Source: Eledone cirrhosa
Taxonomy: Eukaryota
Assembly: GCA_964016885.1 (NCBI GenBank)
Contig: OZ024741.1
Coordinates: 285,138,001-285,202,000, forward strand
DNA length: 64,000 nucleotides
Reading direction: 5' to 3'
Shown one piece after another: positions 12,681 through 64,000 of this stretch. The notes under the pieces are model-generated. The model was not told where the DNA came from. It searched no databases and saw only the letters and a program-made list of their open reading frames with translations. The position numbers and the translations under genes were made by a program. Within the stretch, counting starts at the first letter, position 1. Each line of letters starts with the position of its first letter.

Positions 12681-14388
12681 CATCATCGTTTAACATCTAT
12701 TTTCCACGGTAGGACGGGTTGACCCATTAGAGGCAAGTTGGGTCAGGTGACCGTTGCTCATATAGGACTGTTTCTAGCTAGATTTCTACTAACCACATTT
12801 ACTGTGTGTACTGGGTACTTTTAGTCGTGACTCCCACACGACCACTTCACTGTGTGGGCTAGTTGTTTTTAGTCGTGACACCTACACTACCAACTTACAG
12901 CTTAGGCTGGGTGCTTTTTGTCCTGACACCTACACGACCATTTTACAGTGTGGCTAGATATTTGTGATACCAACATAACTTTACAGTATAAGGGGGTGGA
13001 CAGAAGTAGGAAGGGGCTATAGTGGATTAAGAGGTGCATACTGGATGTATGTTTGAGTCCACGCGCAAGGGAAAGCAGGTCTTCTGTATTACTGCATAAT
13101 GCCAAAAATCTCCATCCTGTGTCATTTGTCTTTGAGAGGTGCAATTGTGTAAGATCAGCTTTTATCATCTTGTCCCAGGTCTTCCTGAGTCTTCCTACTC
13201 CATAGCTTCCATCAATTTTGATACCCTGTACATTTTTATACAGCTGTCATCCTTCATACACATCACATGACCATGCCAATGCAATCTCCTCTCTAGTATA
13301 CTTCATCTGATCCCTCTTATGCTTAATTTCTCACTCAGTTCATTTATGCTTTGCCGTTCGTGTATATTACTATTACTCACCCATTGGAGCATGCATGCTT
13401 CATTTTTATCCAATCTTTGTAGGTCATCTGTGCACAGTGCCCAGGTCTCACTTCCATGTAACATTGCTATTTGTATACAACCTGCCCTTCATTTTTAAGG
13501 AAAAACCTTTTGTAGCTAACAGTGGTATTAGCTCTCTGAACTTTCTCCATCCTGTTCTTACTCTGGCTACTGTACTTTCTGAACACCTTCCACTGCTGAT
13601 TTCATCACCCAGATATCGTAACGTGGGAACTATTTCTATAGAACTGCATGGGCATTTGAAGGAACTAGTATCCTGTGGGTACTTGCTACTTACTGCACCT
13701 GAGCATCGGCCACATATTAAACCTATGTTCTTTGATAGCTTGCCTGTGATTCCACTACATCTTTTATGTATCCATAGCTTGCATTTGAGACATAGAATGG
13801 AATTTCTACCTACTCCTTTCCTGCACACTGGGCAAGGCCATTTCCCAGAAGGAATCTGGGTCCTATTTTCTTTTCTACATACTAGAACTTTAGTCTTAGA
13901 CAGGTTAACTTTAAAACCTTTTGATTCTAGGCCATGCTTCCAGGTTTAGAATTGTGTTATGAGAGTTAGATTGTCAGTTCCCATGGGCAGCCAGTCTTAA
14001 ACTACTCTTTTATAGACTATTGGGCAATAATAAACAGGAGAGGGCTAAGAACGGAGTCTTCATGAACACGTTAAATTCTTCACTATAGTCATTGTTAATT
14101 CTAACCTTGCTGACTGTTCCTCTATACATGGCTTGTATAGCTTTCACAAGCCACTCATCTACTCCTAGTTTTGCTAAGAGCCCACCAGATAGTGGAGTGG
14201 AGGACTCTGTCAAAGGCTTTCTCCAAGTCAACAAAAGCTAATTAGAGGGGTTTATTTTTAGCTAGGTACTTGTGTAGTTGCCTTACGAGGAAGAGGGCAT
14301 CTGTGGTACTTTTACTTGGCGCAAATCCAAACTGCATTTCATCTAAATTAATTTGATTCCTATTCAGCTGTGCAATAATTCTCTATTG
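12681..14388 (-). mobile_element. 5'-truncated RTE LINE (same family as 36583-40317)
   Basis: ORFs 13448-13828 and 14010-14234 match the RT and C-terminus; (GAT)n tail at ~12681. Confidence 0.85.
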
Positions 14389-14817
14389 ATATATACATAC
14401 TTCGTTTTTGAATTAGTTTTGCAAGATTTCTTATCTGAAAACGTGTGTTGAAACAGATATTGTTATACTTTGGGAGGGTCACGCTGCCAATAAAACCACA
14501 TGCATCTGTTGGTTTTTCACTTCAATTTATCATAAATTTCCGGTTGGTTGGTTGGTTCGATAACTGGATGGTTGTTAATATATTGTCAAAGCTCTTTCAT
14601 CACACATTCTCTGACCTCCTCAGTGACTGGGTTTTTATTTTGTGTCTCACAGAGAAATTTCTGCGTTTTCAGTCAAAATTTGTTACTATAGTGTCAACAC
14701 TATCTCTTGTTGTATTTCTCTTTCAACCACAACAACCTGCCATTATAGTGAAGGTGTTTTTTTAAAGTCTGTCTTCATCACTTTCATTCTCACGTCATAA
14801 ACTAAATGATCCACCTC

Positions 14818-14850
<33 letters not shown>

Positions 14851-14933
14851 TTCTCTCTCTCTCTCAACAACTTTTCCCTTCTACATATATGTTGTGACTG
14901 GGGGAGAAACAGCTTCTCTCTTATGATATAGAA

Positions 14934-16730
14934 ACATCATCATCATTTTACATCCACTTTCCCTGCTTGCAAGGGTTGGACAGATCCTTTTCAGCACAGC
15001 ATCTCTCCACTTGTCACGATCCTTCATCATCTCCTCGGTGAGTTTCAGTGATCTGAGGTCTGCTCTCACCACCTCCGCCCATGTTTTTCGTGGTCTACCT
15101 CTACTGCGTCTTCTTTCTACTGGGATTTCTTGGCACTTCTTTACCTGGCGGTCATCCTCCATGCGCATCACATGTCCATACCATCTCAGCCTTCTCTCCT
15201 GCACACCACAACTTATCCCTCTTATACCCAGTTTCTTTCTCAACTCGTCAATGCTTGGTCGTTCACGCACATTGACATAGCACATCCAACGGAGCATACT
15301 TGCTTCATTTCTCTCCAGCCGTCGCATATCCTCTGCAGTTGCTGCTCATGTCTCACTACCATGCAGCATTGTGCATCTCACACAGGCATCATATAACTGT
15401 CCTTTCGTACACAGTGAGAAACCCTTCTTTGTCAACAGAGGAAGCAGCTCCCTAAACTTCATCCAACCCATTCTTATTCTAGATACTATGGCCTCGGAAC
15501 ACTCCCCTCCCATGCTCATCTGATCACCTAGGTACTGGAAGCTATCAACCACTTCTATAGAACCCATCTGCATTAGAAAAATGTGTCTATCACTGCGATT
15601 ACCACTGCCAACTTTCCCTGTACATCTACAGCATACGTAGTTTTCCCTACCTGTTAGTTTGCCAGCTATCCCACTACATCTCTTGTCTACCCAAGATATG
15701 CATTGCATACATTTTATGGAATTTATGCCAGTTCCTTTCCTACATATCGAACATGGCCATTTCCCTGATGGAATCAGAGTATTGTCCTCTCTTCTACTTA
15801 TCAACACTTTTGTCTTAGCTATGTTCACTCTCAGACCTCTTGATTCCAACTGCTGTTTCCAAAGCTAGAATTTATTCTCTAGCTCCTCTACTAATTCTGC
15901 TATAAGAACCAGATCATCAGCATAGAGAAGTTCCTATGGGCATCCAGTTTTAAACTCCTCTGTTATGGCTTGGAGGACTATAATGAACAAGAGTGGGCTG
16001 ATACCGAACCCTGATGTACACCTACTTGTATCTGGAATTCCTCACTAAACTCCATGCCTACTCTAACTTTACTGACAGCATCCCTGTACATAGCTTGCAC
16101 TGTCCTCACAAGCCATTGCTCTACACCTAGTTTCCTTAGGGAACAGCAGATGACAGATCGGGTACCCTATCAAAGCCTTCTCTAGGTCAACAAAAGCTAA
16201 GTGTAGTGGCTTATTCTTCTCTAAGAACTTCTCTTGTAGTTGCCTCACTAAGAAAAGGGCATCTGTTGTACTTTTCCAGGGCACAAACAAAACCAAACTG
16301 CATCTCATCTAATTTGACCCTTTCTCTAATCAGTTGCACTAATATTCTCTCTGCCACTCTCATAACCTGATCCATCAGCTTTAAGCCCCTATAATTGCTC
16401 CTCTCTAGAGCATCCCCTTTACCTTTGTAGCAATTTATGAGAATACTGCTGCACCAGTCTTTGGGTGTGACACCACCATATATAGCTTGATTGATGATGT
16501 GTGCAACCAGTTTAGTGCCTACTTCTCCTGATGCCTTCAGCATCTCGGCAACTATCCCCGACGGTCCAGCAGCCTTACCATTCTTCATTTCCTTAATTGC
16601 TTCTTGTACCCTATATTTGTCAATCTCAATAGCTGGTCCCTCTGTTGGGTCTACTGGGGATAATTTTTCTCTGTCCCATTCGTTCTCCACATTCATCAGT
16701 CTCTCATAGTGACATTTCCAGGCGTCCTTT
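14934..16730 (-). mobile_element. 5'-truncated RTE LINE (related subfamily)
   Basis: ORFs 16211-16696, 16069-16308, 15346-15849 and 14881-15327 (KAAGPSG, AFVDLEKA, RLRWYGHV, RGRPRKTW); (GAT)n tail. Confidence 0.88.
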
Positions 16731-18127
16731 TTTTGATTATGTATGTATATTATATATATATTATCATTTTAGCTGAGGTCCTTTGTCATCTCTCTGAGGC
16801 TCAGCATTTTCAGATTAGCTGTAATCCTCTCTGCCCAGGTTTTCCTCAGACTTACTCTATTGCAACTTCCATCCACTGGCATATCTTCACATTGACGTCA
16901 TTTTTCTTCTGCTTTCCCTGCTACTATGAGTTCAAGAGCTTTTCACAGTGCAAAATTAGTTGTGTTGGAGAGACATCTTATTCATACAGTCCATATTTGG
17001 CTTATATATATTAATTGTGAAAACTCTACTTAAAATAGCAAACGAGAAACTATTCAATCCAATGGAAATTGCACTTGCTGAACATCTCCAAATAAAATAT
17101 AGAATTCATTAGTGCAGGAAATACGATTTACAAGAAGCTGTTGCTGATTACTAAATTCAGCTTTCCATGAGCTCATGCAAGTATCAAGCGTAGAATATCA
17201 CTCATCCCACACTTTCATGTATTTTTTTTTTGTTTTGTTTTTTAGCAAGCATCCACCACATTTTAGTTGGTGTCTCTGTATAACCACTCAATTCAAATTG
17301 GATCAACAATGTATGTAAATGGTTCATATGAATGCATTTTATTATTTCTGTCTCATTGGCCACATTCTGTTCTGTTGGAGTAGGCTCCTTATCTTGAATG
17401 CTACATACTGTGTTACCTTCTGGAGCATTCAGATACTGGCCCAGGCTTCGCTGTCCACCAGGCTGAGGAGGGAAAACTGTCCAAGTATTGACTGTTCTCT
17501 GATATGGTAGAGCTTGCAGCAGTGGAAGCTTTTGGCATTCTTGGCTTTCAGATCACATCCCTGCTCACTGGTATCAGAGCAGTGTTGGCTTCCCTGCAAG
17601 ATGGAGTGTCTGTTCCAATGAATCTTCCTCACTGTTGGCTGGGACCATGAGGCAGATGACATATTAGAGAACATGACTTGTTCATTATCAGAAAATGCAA
17701 AATAAATTACAATTATTTATTATGCTAGGATTTTTTTCAACACACTAACGCATATGTGTGTATGTGCATATTCACACATTTATATGTATGAGCATATAAA
17801 TATAAACACGCAAAAATACACATTCACAGACATACATTCACATAAATACACATTCATTCACACAAACACTTACACATACACTCACACAGTGTAATAAATG
17901 GAACGCCAGCCGCTGTTTTGCTATAGTTTTTTTCACCACCCCCTTCTTTTCTTTTACATACATATACATTCATGCAGCAGACGTAAAGAGAGAGGGGTAG
18001 TATGAGGTAGTTAAACTACTCCTACCTCTTTACATGTGACAAAATCGCAGAAATTTATAGATTGAGATGAAATGGTAGACATCGTGATTTGTACTTCATT
18101 TGTCAATCTGAGTTATACAAGTGTTTT

Positions 18128-18345
18128 AACATCATTTCCATGCTAAAGCAGGGTTAGCCCTGTGGACAATGATAAAGCTTCTCCATTTGTCTTATCTGCT
18201 GTGTCTCCCTCCACCAACCCTCTGGCTTTCATTTCTTCTTCCATCAGCTTTAACCATGTCATTCTTGGTCTTCCCCTTCCTCTAATTCCTTCTACATCCA
18301 TTTGTATTATTCCTCTCACCCAGTCACTTTTAATCCCTCTCAACC
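18128..18345 (-). mobile_element. RTE LINE 3' fragment
   Basis: GIRGRGRPRMTW motif plus tail. Similar decayed fragments at 19030-19335 (+), 29600-29950 (+) and 45310-45800 (-). Confidence 0.65.
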
Positions 18346-18854
18346 TATTGGCTCTGCCATCTCATTCAATTTTGCTTTTCACTCTTATTTCTCTGCAACT
18401 CATTGTTTATTTTCCTCTCTCTCAGCAATATTCTGCTCATTCATGTTCTGAAATAGAAGCTAAGTACATTTCACTGTTAAGTTTCTGTTTTTGATTTTCT
18501 CTCTTCAAATTTTATTTACGTTTTATTTGAAAACAGCCATTTATGATTTATAACAACAGGAAACAACTGTTTTGGCTTAAAACAAAGCTCATTCATTAAT
18601 TAGCAAAGCAGAAAGAACAATGATCATTAATAAATATGTTATTGGTGTTACCAGCTTCCTCTGAACCAAATATACCAATCAGGGAGGTGGGGGTGGGGGG
18701 TGAATTGGCCGAATTGTTGAAAGAGTCAAACTTCTTAAACACTCAGCTATGTTTGCACCATATAGAGAAATGTTTAATATTCATGTTTAATATTTTTATC
18801 AAAGTCTGTAATATTCTTGTAATCTGATATTTGCAGTTATGTGAAATATCAAAC

Positions 18855-62619
<43,765 letters not shown>

Positions 62620-62837
62620 GTAAGTCTTGTTTATTTTAAGTTTCATTAACCATTTTCCTACTGTATATTCATTCTAATGAAAAACATTACCTATTATTTT
62701 GAAAATTTTTTTATAAATAATCAAGAACTAGAGGGATTTAGTATTATAACTAACTTTCTCATTATTAAGCTGCTGTTTGGAGTCTAACATAATTCAAATT
62801 TATCCATAAATTATAATGGAAGGTTTTTAGATAAATA

Positions 62838-64000
62838 TGTTCAATAAGTAATGAGAAAATTTCAGGTGAGACATTATGTATTTTTAAAAGCTTACAAAAC
62901 TTGTGCAGGCACCTTCCCCACTTCTGGAACACCTCCTCCTACTCCTTCTTCTGCAGTCTTATCAGGAAATTTGTCAATGCCCTCATCAACTCCTGTGTTG
63001 ACTCGAATATGATTTCCCTGAGGCTGTATTTCATGTGTGGGAATAGGAAGAAGTCAGAAGGAGCCGGGTTGGGGCTGTGGGGTGGGTGGTGGTGGTGTTA
63101 TTCCACTTTCATTTCTCTATTGTTCATCCAGGTGGCCTGAGGCATTGTCCTGGTGGGACCACCACTGTCCAATGCTGCACTGCTGTGGTCTCTTCCTCAT
63201 CCTCTCCCTGAATCTCGTCAGAACTTCAAAGTAATACTTTTTATTGATGGTTTGGCCCTCAGGAACCCATTTAGTATGAATTAGCCCCTGGGAATCAAAG
63301 AAAGGAATGACCATGGTTTTCTCTTGAGACATGCTCATCTTTGCCTTTTTAGGCCTGGGGGAGGACACGTGTTTCCACTAGGTACTCTGATGTTTGCTCT
63401 CGGGGTCATAGGTGAACATCCAACTGTTGTTGTAAGTCATTACTTTATACAGGAAACCAGAATCAGCCTCTATCATATTGAAAATGTGAGTGCAACATTC
63501 CATATGAAACTGCCTTTAATTGTTGGAGAGGATCTTTGGCATGAACTTGTCACAGACTTTGTGGAGCTCCAGATCTTTAGTCAGAATTGTCTTCACTGTG
63601 CTATTACTAACACCAACAGCTTTAGATATCATCTTCACAGTAGCTTGACAGGTTGCATCATAAACTTTTTTACTTCCTCAATGATTTCCTCCTTTCATGT
63701 GCTGTTCAGAGCTCCTGATTGACATTCATCTTCAACCTGTTCATTTCTTTCACAATATCGTTTAAATCATGTGTAGAAACTTGCTTTGTTCCTCTGTTCA
63801 CCCTCATAAGCCTCCTCTAACATTCCATAGGTGGTTTCTTGTTTGATTTTCTTAAGTTTAACACACAATTTGATGGCGTTCGTTGCTCCATGTTTTCTTA
63901 CATCTTGCCACATGATGACATCAGCAAATAGATCACACTGGTTCAACCAAGTACACTGTTGTGCTCAAACCTAAGCAGATAGAACGTTGCCAGTTAGTCA
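62838..64000 (-). mobile_element. Degenerate mariner transposon
   Basis: SPRPKKAK...FFDSQGLIH...GQTINKKYY...HQDNA; MEQR start near 63890; frameshifted. A mariner 3'-end fragment also lies at ~28820-28960. Confidence 0.85.

Overview
AT-rich, repeat-dense metazoan DNA. The SINE/RTE complement and (TA)n load suggest an octopod cephalopod, which is an inference only. The window holds the 5' part of a + strand gene resembling CSPP1 (centrosome and spindle pole-associated protein 1): 15 phase-compatible GT-AG coding exons from 18855 to 62619, about 538 codons, continuing past the window. Its introns and upstream region carry RTE LINEs (one near full-length, with a PHD-type C4HC3 finger inside the RT), a Penelope-like element, CRE, mariner and piggyBac relics, piggyBac and hAT MITEs, non-autonomous Helitrons, two tRNA-derived SINE families, a U6 retrocopy, a ~9 kb 53-bp satellite and several minisatellites. 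Most notable: two different type I hammerhead ribozyme motifs on opposite strands bracket the Penelope fragment; inverted piggyBac MITEs bracket frame-preserving exon blocks; and local inverted duplications cluster in the first 11 kb. All calls were made by eye, without database searches.
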